DNA of 64,000 nucleotides from an uncultured Actinomycetota bacterium (GCA_963770565.1 CAVYQE010000001.1:896001-960000); one strand, 5' to 3'. Numbered from the stretch's first letter, positions 1 to 10,052 are shown. Numbers and translations are program-made. The notes: generated by a model not told the origin, from the sequence alone.

Positions 1-3000
1 ACGGCCACCGACGCGGCCGGCAACACCTCGTCGGCCGGGGCGAACTGGACCCGCGACACCATGCCGCCGCCGGCTCCGGTCGTGACCGCGCCGCCGTCAC
101 CGTCGAACGACCTGACCCCGTCGTTCACGGTCACCGACAGCGAAACCGGCGTGACGTTCACCTGCACCCTGACCGGACCCGGCTCGAGCAACGTCTTCAC
201 GGGGACCTGCCCGCTCGGCAACAGCTTCGACCTGTCCGGGTTCGGCGACGGCTCCTACACCTTGTCGGTGACGGCTACCGATGCGGCCGGCAACACCGGC
301 CCGGCCGGCAGCGACACCTACGTGCTGGACACCACCGCACCGCCGGTGCCGACGATCGCGTTGCTCGCGCCGGTGCTCTCGCCGGGCAACAGCACCTCAC
401 CGCAGTTCACCGTGACCGACACTGAGGCCGGCGTCAGCTACGTCTGCTCGGTGTCGGGCGTGACCCCGGTGCCGCCGTCCGCGATCACCTGCGGCGCCAC
501 CACGACGATCGACCTGAGCGGCGTCGGGCGTGACGGCGACTACACGTTGTCGGTGACCGCGACGGACCCGGCCGGCAACGTCAGCTCAGCCGGCACTGCG
601 ACCTACACCCTCGACACCGTCGCGCCGCCGAACCCGACCGTGGTCGCGCCGGCGTCGCCGTCGAACGACCTGACCCCGACCTTCACGATCGGCGACACCG
701 AGCCGGACGCGATCCTCGGCTGCGTCCTCACCGGACCTGGTGCGACGACCGTCTACTCGAACCTGTGCCCGGCCAATGGCACCTTCGACCTCACCGGATT
801 CGGCGACGGAACGTACTCGTTGACCGTGACGGCAACCGACCCGGCTGGAAACACCGCGCCTTCGACCGCTACTGCCGTCTATGTGCTCGACACCGTGCCG
901 CCGCCCGCGCCGACCGTGGTCCTGTCTGCGCCGGCGTCGTCGCCGGGCAACGATCCGGTTCCGCAGTTCACCGTGTCGGACAGCGAGTCGGGCGTGAGCT
1001 ACTCGTGCTCGGTGACCGGGCCGACTCCGGTCCCGCCGTCCGCGATCACCTGTGGCGCCACGACCACGGTCGATCTGACCGGCGCCGGTCGTGATGGCAG
1101 CTACCGGCTGTCGGTGACGGCGACCGACGCGGCCGGCAACACGAGTACGGCGGGCACCAGGCGGTACGTCCTCGACACCACGCCGCCACCCACGCCGACG
1201 GTCAACCTGTCGAACCCGGTGTCGTCGCCGGGCAACGTGGCCGCGCCGCAGTTCTCGGTGTCGGACACCGAGGCCGGCGTCACCTACAGCTGCTCCGTGA
1301 CAGGAGCGACACCGGTCCCGAACTCGGCGATCACCTGTGGCGCGACGACCACAGTCGATCTCAGCGGCGCCGGCCGCGACGGCGGCTACACGCTGTCAGT
1401 CACCGCGACCGATGTGGCCGGCAACGTCAGCGCTCCGGGCACCTCGGTCTACACCCTCGACACCACGCCACCACCGGCGCCGGCAGTCACGCTGACCGTG
1501 CCGGCGTCGTCGCCCGGCAATGTCACCGCGCCGCAGTTCTCGGTAACGGACAGCGAGGTCGGGGTCAGCCTCCTGTGCTCGGTGACCGGACCCACGTCCG
1601 TGCCGGGATCGGCGGTCACCTGTGGCGCGACCACCACGGTCGACCTCAGCGGCGCCGGCCGTGACGGCACCTACACGCTCTCGGTCGAGGCCGTTGACGC
1701 GGCCGGCAACATCAGCCCGGCCGGCACCGCGCTCTACACCTTGGACACCGTGCCGCCGCCCGCGCCGACCGTGGTCCTGTCTGCGCCGGCGTCGTCGCCG
1801 GGCAACGATCCGGTTCCGCAGTTCACCGTGTCGGACAGCGAGTCGGGCGTGAGCTACTCGTGCTCGGTGACCGGGCCGACTCCGGTCCCGCCGTCCGCGA
1901 TCACCTGTGGCGCCACGACCACGGTCGATCTGACCGGCGCCGGTCGTGATGGCAGCTACCGGCTGTCGGTGACGGCGACCGACGCGGCCGGCAACACGAG
2001 TACGGCGGGCACCAGGCGGTACGTCCTCGACACCACGCCGCCACCCACGCCGACGGTCAACCTGTCGAACCCGGTGTCGTCGCCGGGCAACGTGGCCGCG
2101 CCGCAGTTCTCGGTGTCGGACACCGAGGCCGGCGTCACCTACAGCTGCTCCGTGACAGGAGCGACACCGGTCCCGAACTCGGCGATCACCTGTGGCGCGA
2201 CGACCACAGTCGATCTCAGCGGCGCCGGTCGCGACGGCGGATACACGCTGTCGGTCACCGCGACCGATGTGGCCGGCAACGTCAGCGCGCCGGGCACCGC
2301 GGTCTACACCCTCGACACCACGCCACCACCGGCGCCGGCAGTCACGCTGACCGTGCCGGCGTCGTCGCCCGGCAATGTCACCGCGCCGCAGTTCTCGGTA
2401 ACGGACAGCGAGGTCGGGGTCAGCCTCCTGTGCTCGGTGACCGGACCCACGTCCGTGCCGGGATCGGCGGTCACCTGTGGCGCGACCACCACGGTCGACC
2501 TCAGCGGCGCCGGCCGTGACGGCACCTACACGCTCTCGGTCGAGGCAGTTGACGCGGCCGGCAACATCAGCCCGGCCGGCACCGCGCTCTACACCTTGGA
2601 CACGACCGCGCCGCCTCGACCGGTGATCATGCTGTCGTCGCCGACCTCGTCGCCGAGCAACGATGTCGAGCCGTCGTGGACGGTGACGGACACCGAGGCG
2701 GGTGTGACGTTCACCTGCACCATGACCGGGCCGACGCCGGTCCCGTCCTCGGCGATCAGCTGCGGCGCCACGACCACCGTCGATCTGAGCGGGGCAGGCC
2801 GCGACGGCACGTACACACTGTCGATCACCGCGACCGATGCGGCCGGCAACACCAGCGCGGTGCGCAACTCGACGTACAAGCTCGATACGACCGCACCGCC
2901 GGTGCCGACCGTCACGCTGACCGTCCCGGCGTCGTCGCCGGGAAACGTGACCGCGCCGCAGTTCACCGTGACCGACTCTGAGTCCGGCGACACCCTGGCG

Positions 3001-5553
3001 TGCAACGTGACCGGCGCGACCACCGTGCCTGGCAGTGCAGTCACCTGTGGCGCGACCACGACGGTTGACCTGAGCGGCCCGGGCCGCGACGGCAGCTACA
3101 CGCTGTCGGTCACCGCCACCGATGCGGCCGGCAACACCAGCGCCGCCGGGACGGCGACCTACGTGCTTGACACGACCGCGCCCCCCGCACCGGTCGTGGT
3201 GTCTCCGGGCGCCTCGACGAAGATGCCGATCTTCGGCATCACCGACGGCGACCCGACAGTTGTGCTCACCTGCTCGATGACCTCGCCGCGCGGCCGGACC
3301 GTCTTCCCGCTGGCTCCGCCGGCCACCTGCCCCGCGGACGGCACCTTCGACACCACCGCGTTCGCCGACGGCGACTACACGCTGATCGTGACCGCGACCG
3401 ACCCGGCCGGCAACTCGACCTCCAGCACGACGATCTGGTTGCGCGACACCACGCCGCCGCCGGTGCCGACGGTCGGGTTGGCCGTGCCGGCGTCGTCGCC
3501 GGGCAACGTGACCGCGCCGCAGTTCTCAGTCTCGGACACCGAGGCGGGCGTGACCTACGCCTGCAGCGTGAGCGGGCCGACCGCCGTGCCGAACCCGGCT
3601 GTCACCTGCGGTACGACGACGACGGTAGACCTGAGCGGTCCCGGCCGCGACGGTCTCTACACCCTGTCGGTGACCGCGACCGACACCGCCGGCAACACGA
3701 GTACGGCCGGCACCGCGACCTACGTGCTCGACACCACGCCGCCACCGGCCCCGACGGTCTCGCTCAGCGTGCCGGCGTCGTCGCCGGGCAACGTCACCTC
3801 GCCGCAGTTCACGGTGTCGGACACCGAGGTCGGCGTGACCTACACCTGCTCGGTCACGGGCGCTACCCCCGTCCCCGGCTCCGCGATCGCCTGCGGAGCG
3901 ACCACGACCGTCAACCTGGCCGGCTCCGGACGCGATGGCCTCTACACCCTTTCGGTGACCGCGACCGACCCGGCCGGCAATGCGAGTACCACGGTCGGCG
4001 CTGCGAGCTACGTCCTGGACACCATGCCGCCGCCCGCCCCGATCGTGGCGCTGTCGACTCCGTTGCAGTCACCGGGCAATGTCGTCGCGCCGCAGTTCCT
4101 GGTCACCGACACCGAGCCGGGTGTCACGCTGACGTGCTCTGCCAGTGGAGCGACGGCGGTGCCGGGCTCGGCGATCACCTGCGGCCCGCTCACCTCGGTC
4201 GACCTGAGCGGCGCCGGCCGTGACGGCGCCTACACGCTGTCGGTGATGGCCACCGACGCAGCCGGCAACACCAGCTCGGCCGGCACTGCGGCGTACACCC
4301 TCGACACCACGCCGCCCGACCCGCCGGTGGTCGGGCTGGCGAGCGCGACCCGCTCGAGCAGCAAGACTCCGTTGTGGACCTGGCAGTTCGGCTTCAACGA
4401 CCAGACCACCGCCTTCGACACCGCGACCTGCACAGTCAACGGGCCACGCTCGTGGACCAGTACGACGACCAGCTGCGCGCACCACTTCTCCACCACGCTG
4501 GCCGGCGGCGACGGCTCTTACACAGTGACCGTGACGCTTACGGATGAAGCCGGCAACTCGGTCTCGGCGGTCTCCCCGATCTACATGCTCGACAGCACGG
4601 CTCCGGCCGGCCCGACCGTCTTCCTTCTGCACCCGTCGAGTGGCGCCGGACTCGACCGGCACCCGGTCTGGTCGGTCGATCGGCCGCCTGGCACCACGGC
4701 GATGTGCACGCTCCGTCAGGGCGGTGATGCCGGCACCGTCGTCTCGCCCGAGGCGGTGTGCCCGAACCCGACCACTTTCAGCCTGGTCGGACTCGCCGAC
4801 GGTCTGTTCACCCTCGAGGTCGTGGCGGTCGACGCAGCCGGCAACACCAGCTTCCCGGCCTGGTCGTCGTACGCGCTGGTGCCGACCGCACCACGGGTTC
4901 GCGCCCCTGACGGGCAGAACGCCAGCGCGGTCTGGACCGTCATCGGCAACACCCGGGACACCTTCGTCTGCACCTTGTTACGCGGCAACCGCGTGGTGAA
5001 CGGCCCTCATCCGTGCGGGGTGCATCCGACCTTCGATATGACGAACCTGCCGGCGGCCACCTACACGCTCTCCGTCGTACAGGTCGGCGCGGAGGGAGTC
5101 CGCAGCGCACCGGGCTCGGCGTCCTGGTTCTGGGACGGCCCGCCGACCGGGCCGAACCCGCCGGGCGGCGGAGGTCACCACCCGGGTGGGACCGGCCCCA
5201 AGAAGCATCCGAAGAACCCGAACCCGCTCAGCCGGATTCCGAGCGTCGTCAACCGGCAGTTGCAGAAGATCAAGCGCGAGGTCGGCGGGATCACTGCCCC
5301 GTTCATCCACCCGCTTGTCCACCCGAACCGGCTCACTCAAGCGGTGGTGAAGGCGGTCCAGAACGCGCTCGGGTCGGTGGGCTCGGCCGGCGGTGGGACC
5401 GGCTTCCCGCTCCTGCTGCTCGGCCTGGTGCTGGCCTTCTTGCTGGTCCAGAACCGGATCGATCGCCGCGACCCGAAACTTGCGTTGGCGTCCATTGCTG
5501 CCGATGACACGGTGGAGTTCCAACCGCCGCCGAGCCGAAGGGACCGGCCATGA
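1..5553 (+). CDS. Giant Ig-like (Big-type) repeat surface protein with C-terminal membrane anchor; 5' end lies outside the window
   Basis: Frame is open from base 1 (TATDAAGNTSSAGANWTRDT precedes the listed M). About 18 units of ~95 aa: DTTPP..P...F.V.D.E.G....C......P......C......DL.G.GRDG.Y.LSV.ATDAAGN. These are followed by a P/G/H/K linker, the hydrophobic helix FPLLLLGLVLAFLLV and the tail QNRIDRRDPKLALA. Confidence 0.9.
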   Translation, partial: TATDAAGNTSSAGANWTRDTMPPPAPVVTAPPSPSNDLTPSFTVTDSETGVTFTCTLTGPGSSNVFTGTCPLGNSFDLSGFGDGSYTLSVTATDAAGNTGPAGSDTYVLDTTAPPVPTIALLAPVLSPGNSTSPQFTVTDTEAGVSYVCSVSGVTPVPPSAITCGATTTIDLSGVGRDGDYTLSVTATDPAGNVSSAGTATYTLDTVAPPNPTVVAPASPSNDLTPTFTIGDTEPDAILGCVLTGPGATTVYSNLCPANGTFDLTGFGDGTYSLTVTATDPAGNTAPSTATAVYVLDTVPPPAPTVVLSAPASSPGNDPVPQFTVSDSESGVSYSCSVTGPTPVPPSAITCGATTTVDLTGAGRDGSYRLSVTATDAAGNTSTAGTRRYVLDTTPPPTPTVNLSNPVSSPGNVAAPQFSVSDTEAGVTYSCSVTGATPVPNSAITCGATTTVDLSGAGRDGGYTLSVTATDVAGNVSAPGTSVYTLDTTPPPAPAVTLTVPASSPGNVTAPQFSVTDSEVGVSLLCSVTGPTSVPGSAVTCGATTTVDLSGAGRDGTYTLSVEAVDAAGNISPAGTALYTLDTVPPPAPTVVLSAPASSPGNDPVPQFTVSDSESGVSYSCSVTGPTPVPPSAITCGATTTVDLTGAGRDGSYRLSVTATDAAGNTSTAGTRRYVLDTTPPPTPTVNLSNPVSSPGNVAAPQFSVSDTEAGVTYSCSVTGATPVPNSAITCGATTTVDLSGAGRDGGYTLSVTATDVAGNVSAPGTAVYTLDTTPPPAPAVTLTVPASSPGNVTAPQFSVTDSEVGVSLLCSVTGPTSVPGSAVTCGATTTVDLSGAGRDGTYTLSVEAVDAAGNISPAGTALYTLDTTAPPRPVIMLSSPTSSPSNDVEPSWTVTDTEAGVTFTCTMTGPTPVPSSAISCGATTTVDLSGAGRDGTYTLSITATDAAGNTSAVRNSTYKLDTTAPPVPTVTLTVPASSPGNVTAPQFTVTDSESGDTLACNVTGATTVPGSAVTCGATTTVDLSGPGRDGSYTLSVTATDAAGNTSAAGTATYVLDTTAPPAPVVVSPGASTKMPIFGITDGDPTVVLTCSMTSPRGRTVFPLAPPATCPADGTFDTTAFADGDYTLIVTATDPAGNSTSSTTIWLRDTTPPPVPTVGLAVPASSPGNVTAPQFSVSDTEAGVTYACSVSGPTAVPNPAVTCGTTTTVDLSGPGRDGLYTLSVTATDTAGNTSTAGTATYVLDTTPPPAPTVSLSVPASSPGNVTSPQFTVSDTEVGVTYTCSVTGATPVPGSAIACGATTTVNLAGSGRDGLYTLSVTATDPAGNASTTVGAASYVLDTMPPPAPIVALSTPLQSPGNVVAPQFLVTDTEPGVTLTCSASGATAVPGSAITCGPLTSVDLSGAGRDGAYTLSVMATDAAGNTSSAGTAAYTLDTTPPDPPVVGLASATRSSSKTPLWTWQFGFNDQTTAFDTATCTVNGPRSWTSTTTSCAHHFSTTLAGGDGSYTVTVTLTDEAGNSVSAVSPIYMLDSTAPAGPTVFLLHPSSGAGLDRHPVWSVDRPPGTTAMCTLRQGGDAGTVVSPEAVCPNPTTFSLVGLADGLFTLEVVAVDAAGNTSFPAWSSYALVPTAPRVRAPDGQNASAVWTVIGNTRDTFVCTLLRGNRVVNGPHPCGVHPTFDMTNLPAATYTLSVVQVGAEGVRSAPGSASWFWDGPPTGPNPPGGGGHHPGGTGPKKHPKNPNPLSRIPSVVNRQLQKIKREVGGITAPFIHPLVHPNRLTQAVVKAVQNALGSVGSAGGGTGFPLLLLGLVLAFLLVQNRIDRRDPKLALASIAADDTVEFQPPPSRRDRP
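889..2603 (+). repeat. 855-bp in-frame tandem duplication (3 Ig units x2), about 99% identical
   Basis: gacaccgtgccgccgcccgcgccgacc starts at both 889 and 1744. About six mismatches were seen, e.g. c1374/t2229. Confidence 0.95.
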
Positions 5554-7130
5554 TGGCCGCCGCGCAGCGCTCCAGCGACCTTGTGCCGCTCCGGGAGCGG
5601 TTGCTCTATCTGCGCGTCCTGCGGGCGGTCCTCGCGGCCATGACGGTGCTCGATGCCGCCCTGATCCCGCAACCGCTGCAGCGCTCCTTCCTGTTCATCG
5701 CCAGCGTGGCGCTGGGCTACCTGCTGCTGTCCTGGGCGATTGAAGGCATCTGGCGCCTGCTCGACCGGCCGGGGCTGTGGCTGTTCGGCGCGCTGCTGAT
5801 CATCGACGGGCTGTACCTGGCGTCGGCCACCTACTTCACCGGCGGTACGGACGGGCCGGTGCGCTATCTCGTCCTCGTCTACCTGGCCGCGGTGACCCTC
5901 CTCGGCTCCTACCGCACCGGGTTGAAGGTTGCGCTCTGGCAGTCGCTGCTCCTGCTCTCGGTGTTCTACGCGCAGAAGGCCGGGATCCTGGCCAGCATCG
6001 GCAACGAGGCGGCGACCAACACCGCGTGGTACCGGATGGTGGCCTTCATCTTCGCGTTATGGACGCTGACCCTGACCACCGCGACGTTGGCCGCCGTCAA
6101 CGAGCGAGAGTTGCGGCGGCGCCGCTTCGAGCTCGAGCAGCTGGCCCAGATGGGTCGCGACCTCGAGGACGCGAACGACACGCTCTCGGTGGGCGACGTC
6201 CTGATCGACGCGCTGGCGGACACCTTCGGGTTCCGGCGGATGGCGTTGTTCGAGGTGACCGATCACGGCCCGCGGATGCTGACCGCGCACGGCCTGGTCG
6301 ACGCCGTGGTGGCCGACTTCAGCCTCGGCGAGGGCTCGGTCCTGCGAGTGGCGCACGACCGCCGGCAGACCATGCTCGTGTCGAACGTCGACGAAGCGGT
6401 CGACCCATGGCTGGCCGCGGTGATGCCGGATGCTCGCAACATCGCGGTCGTGCCGCTGGTTGCCGACGGCGTCGTCGCCGTACTCGTGGCGGAGACCGGA
6501 GACCGGGCCGGCGCGCGGATCGAGCGTCGGGTCATCGCGACCACCGAGCGCTACGCCAGCCACGCCGCGCTGGCGATTCGCAATGCCAACCTGCTCGCCC
6601 GGGTGCAGCAGATGGCCGTGACCGACGGCCTCACCGAGCTGCCGAACCGCCGGGCCTTCGACCGCTCCCTCGACCGCGAGCTCAACCGAGCGGCCCGCAC
6701 CGACGGCCGGCTCTCGGTCGTCCTACTCGACATCGACCACTTCAAGCTGCTCAACGACAACCATGGTCACGTCGTCGGCGACGCGGTGCTTCGTCAGATC
6801 GCGCGCGCGCTCGAGCTGTGCGGTCGCGAGTACGACACGATCGCCCGTTACGGCGGCGAGGAGTTCGCTGCAGTGCTGCCGGGCTGCTCGTCCGGCCTCG
6901 CGCTCCAGGTCGCTGAGCGGTTGCGAATGGCGGTCGAGGAAGCGCCGACCGACGTCAAGGTGACCGCGAGCGCCGGCGTCGCGACGTACCCGTACGACGG
7001 GATCGACGTCTCGGGCCTGCTCAGCGCAGCCGACCGGGCGTTGTATGCCTCCAAGCGTGGCGGCCGCAACCGGGTGCACTCCGCGGAGCAGGCCCGCGCG
7101 GCCGAGGTTCGGATCTCTGCCGTCAGCTGA
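5550..7130 (+). CDS. Membrane-bound GAF-GGDEF diguanylate cyclase
   Basis: 5-6 N-terminal TM helices and a GAF-like middle region. DGLTELPNRR, DIDHFKLLND, active site YGGEEF and I-site REYD five residues upstream. ATGA overlap with the upstream gene. Confidence 0.93.
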   Translation: MMAAAQRSSDLVPLRERLLYLRVLRAVLAAMTVLDAALIPQPLQRSFLFIASVALGYLLLSWAIEGIWRLLDRPGLWLFGALLIIDGLYLASATYFTGGTDGPVRYLVLVYLAAVTLLGSYRTGLKVALWQSLLLLSVFYAQKAGILASIGNEAATNTAWYRMVAFIFALWTLTLTTATLAAVNERELRRRRFELEQLAQMGRDLEDANDTLSVGDVLIDALADTFGFRRMALFEVTDHGPRMLTAHGLVDAVVADFSLGEGSVLRVAHDRRQTMLVSNVDEAVDPWLAAVMPDARNIAVVPLVADGVVAVLVAETGDRAGARIERRVIATTERYASHAALAIRNANLLARVQQMAVTDGLTELPNRRAFDRSLDRELNRAARTDGRLSVVLLDIDHFKLLNDNHGHVVGDAVLRQIARALELCGREYDTIARYGGEEFAAVLPGCSSGLALQVAERLRMAVEEAPTDVKVTASAGVATYPYDGIDVSGLLSAADRALYASKRGGRNRVHSAEQARAAEVRISAVS

Positions 7131-7170
7131 CCCGCGCTCCTTCGGGCCTTGCCGGCGCGATGATGGGTAG

Positions 7171-7785
7171 ATGCATGAGCCCGAGCAGGCCGAAGAGTGG
7201 GACGCGAGGTACGGCGAGCAGCCGGCGATGTGGAGCGGGCGCCCGAACGGGAGGGTGGTCGCCGAGGTCTTAGGCCTACCCACGGGTCGAGCGCTTGACG
7301 TCGGATGCGGCGAAGGGGCGGATGCGATCTGGCTCGCCGCGCAAGGCTGGACCGTGACCGGGATTGATATCTCGTCCGTGGCGATCGGGCGCGCCCGGGA
7401 GATTGCAGCTAGAGCGGGCGCCGAGGTCGATTGGCGGTGCGGAGATGTTCTGCAGATGAGGCTGCCGTCGGGCGTGTTCGATCTCGTGTCGCTGCAATAT
7501 CCGGCCCTGCCCAAGGCAGCCGGTGATGCGGCGGTGCGCAGATTGCTCGACAAGCTCCAGCCCGGTGGGCTGCTGCTCGCGACATATCACGATCTCAGCG
7601 ACGAGCATTTCGAGCATATGAAGGCCCGTGGCGTCGACCCGGCCGACTACGTCGGGGCTGACGACCTCCGTGAGTTGCTCGGCGACGATTTCACGGTCGA
7701 GCGGTACTCGGTCGAGCCGCGGATCGACCCGCCGTCCGACGCTCATGACATCGCGGATGTCGTCCTGCGCGCTCGACGCCGCTGA
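7171..7785 (+). CDS. Class I SAM-dependent methyltransferase
   Basis: WDARY...WSGRPN, ALDVGCGEGADAIWLA, TGIDIS motifs. Confidence 0.9.
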   Translation: MHEPEQAEEWDARYGEQPAMWSGRPNGRVVAEVLGLPTGRALDVGCGEGADAIWLAAQGWTVTGIDISSVAIGRAREIAARAGAEVDWRCGDVLQMRLPSGVFDLVSLQYPALPKAAGDAAVRRLLDKLQPGGLLLATYHDLSDEHFEHMKARGVDPADYVGADDLRELLGDDFTVERYSVEPRIDPPSDAHDIADVVLRARRR

Positions 7786-7858
7786 CCCGCCGACCCGCTG
7801 CTGAGGTAAAGGCGCGGTGCGGGGACGATGGTCGTGACTAACCGGAAAGGCAGTGTCG

Positions 7859-8602
7859 ATGTCCAGCGCGCAGTTGTACGACAGCATCGGGGCCACATAC
7901 ACCGCGACCCGGCGTACCGAGCCGCGCATCGCTGCGCAGATCTGGGCCGCACTCGGTGATGCTCGGACCGTGCTCAACGTCGGGGCGGGCACCGGATCGT
8001 ATGAGCCTCCCGACCGCCAGGTCCTCGCGGTCGAGCCGTCAGCCCTCATGCGTTCGCAGCGCCCACCGGACGCGGCGCCATGTGTGGCTGGATCGGCCGA
8101 AAGTCTGCCGTTCGACGACCAGTCCTTCGACGCCGCGATGGCGGTCTGCACCTTGCATCACTGGCAGGACCCGATCGCCGGCCTGCGTGAGATGCGGCGG
8201 GTCGCTCGCCGTCTGGTGGTGTTCGGGTTCGACACCAGCGACCCGAGCCAGTTCTGGCTTACGCGCGACTACCTGCCTGAGTTCGCTGCCTTGAGAGCCT
8301 GCAAAGTGCTGGCGTCGCTGACCGACATTGCTGACGGGATCGACGCTCGGCTGGAACCGGTAGCGATCCCGTGGGACTGCGCCGACGGCTTCTTCGAGGC
8401 CCACTGGCGCCGGCCCGAGGCGTATCTGGGCGAGGGCGTGCGGCGCGGCGTATCGGTGTGGACCAGCGTCGGACCGGACGCCGAGCAGAGGACGGTGGAA
8501 AGCCTTCGTGCCGACCTTGCTTCGGGTCGGTGGATCGCACGAAACCGCGACATCCTCGATCTCGATGCGGCCGAGCTCGGCGCGCGACTTCTGATCGCCT
8601 GA
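7859..8602 (+). CDS. Class I SAM-dependent methyltransferase (type 11)
   Basis: VLNVGAGTGSYE, AESLPFDDQSFDAAM, LHHW; GAAAGG RBS before ATG 7859. Confidence 0.9.
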   Translation: MSSAQLYDSIGATYTATRRTEPRIAAQIWAALGDARTVLNVGAGTGSYEPPDRQVLAVEPSALMRSQRPPDAAPCVAGSAESLPFDDQSFDAAMAVCTLHHWQDPIAGLREMRRVARRLVVFGFDTSDPSQFWLTRDYLPEFAALRACKVLASLTDIADGIDARLEPVAIPWDCADGFFEAHWRRPEAYLGEGVRRGVSVWTSVGPDAEQRTVESLRADLASGRWIARNRDILDLDAAELGARLLIA

Positions 8603-8774
8603 ACCGCCACACGGAGGGGCGACGTCGTTGCCTCGGACGACAGTTCCGCGGAAGCATTCCGCCCGGGTCGTCGCACGGGCTTGAAGCGATCCGACCTTCC
8701 GCTCGCGGCCGCTGACCTTCGACCCTGGTGCGGTCCGTCGACACCGGCCATGCTGCTGGGAGGAGGCGATCGCC

Positions 8775-10052
8775 ATGTCTGCCACTACCGATCGGCGGGA
8801 TGGGACCCTGCTCGACGCCGCGGTCGACATTTTCCGGATGCGTCAATACTTCAACATCGTTGTCCGGGCCCGCGACGTGGCCGCAGGGCTGCGCCACGAC
8901 GCGGGCTTGCTCGACGCGATCCGCCGCGGCCTGGTCCCGCTGCCAACCGACCGCCCGGGTGAGCCGGGCCCGGTCTTTCGGCCCCTGCGCGGCACGGCCC
9001 CAGCCGCCCTCACCGGCCGCGTCGGCGTGGTCGCCACTGGCGGTAGCGGGGCCATGGCCTCGCTGGTCGGCGTCGCCCGCGCTCTGGAGGAGACCGACAG
9101 CCCGGTCTCGGTTTACTCGGTCTGCTCCGGCTCCGCGCTGTTCGGCTTCCCGCTGGGTGCCGGCATGCCCGCCGAGGAGGTCGCAGAGATGACCGTCTCG
9201 CTCCGCCCTGCCGAATACATCGACGTCGGCTGGCGCGAGATCGCGACCCTGCTACCGACCCGGGGACGCGGGTGGGCAGGGCTGCTGCGCGGCGACCGGC
9301 TCGAGGACTTCTACCGGCGCCATCTCGGTAACCTCACCCTCGGCCAGCTGAAGACGCCCACGTATGCGCCGATCTGGAACGTCGAGCACAACCGGCTCGA
9401 CTACCTCGGCCCGCGCACCTACCCGGACCTGCCGGTGGCCCGCGCCATCCGGATGGCTGTGTCGCTGCCGCTGTTCGTTCAACCCGCAGACCTGCACGGG
9501 CTGAAGTGGTGCGACGGGGGCATAGTCGACATCTTCCCGGTGCGGCCGGTGCTGGACATCGAGCCGCCGATCGACGCCGCCGTGGCGCTCAACGGCTTCT
9601 ACCCCCATGAGTTCCGCGGCGAGGACCTGACCGGCTGGGACCGCCGGGCGCTGAGCATCATCTATGCCGCGGCGCAGGTGCGCACCTGCCAGCAAGTGGA
9701 ATTGGCCCGCGAGCATCTGGCTCGCCTCCGCGCCGCCGCCCGCACCATGCTGATCGAGCCGGTTCCCTACGGGAAGGTCGCGGGCACCGGCTTCTATCAC
9801 CAGTTCTTGGACAACCGCGAGTGGCCGGCGTTCATGCGGGCCGGACACGCCGCGACCCTGGCGGCGCTGCGCGGCCGGGGTCACACGCGGCGTAGCCCGA
9901 CCCGGCTTGAGCGGCGGAGTTGCGGAGCTCCGGAGTCAGTTGACGAGGGCGGTCTCGGCGGCGGGGTCGGCGAGCTGCACGTGGGTTGCGGAACCTCGGC
10001 TTGCCAACCAGCCTCGACCTGGTGGGGCGTCGGCGGAAAGTCGGCGAGGTAG
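8775..10052 (+). CDS. Patatin-like phospholipase family protein (atypical motifs)
   Basis: TGGSGAMASLVG glycine loop, VCSGS nucleophile region, AIRMAVSLPLF, CDGG; GGAGG RBS. The 3' end overlaps the convergent gene by 117 nt. Confidence 0.8.
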   Translation: MSATTDRRDGTLLDAAVDIFRMRQYFNIVVRARDVAAGLRHDAGLLDAIRRGLVPLPTDRPGEPGPVFRPLRGTAPAALTGRVGVVATGGSGAMASLVGVARALEETDSPVSVYSVCSGSALFGFPLGAGMPAEEVAEMTVSLRPAEYIDVGWREIATLLPTRGRGWAGLLRGDRLEDFYRRHLGNLTLGQLKTPTYAPIWNVEHNRLDYLGPRTYPDLPVARAIRMAVSLPLFVQPADLHGLKWCDGGIVDIFPVRPVLDIEPPIDAAVALNGFYPHEFRGEDLTGWDRRALSIIYAAAQVRTCQQVELAREHLARLRAAARTMLIEPVPYGKVAGTGFYHQFLDNREWPAFMRAGHAATLAALRGRGHTRRSPTRLERRSCGAPESVDEGGLGGGVGELHVGCGTSACQPASTWWGVGGKSAR

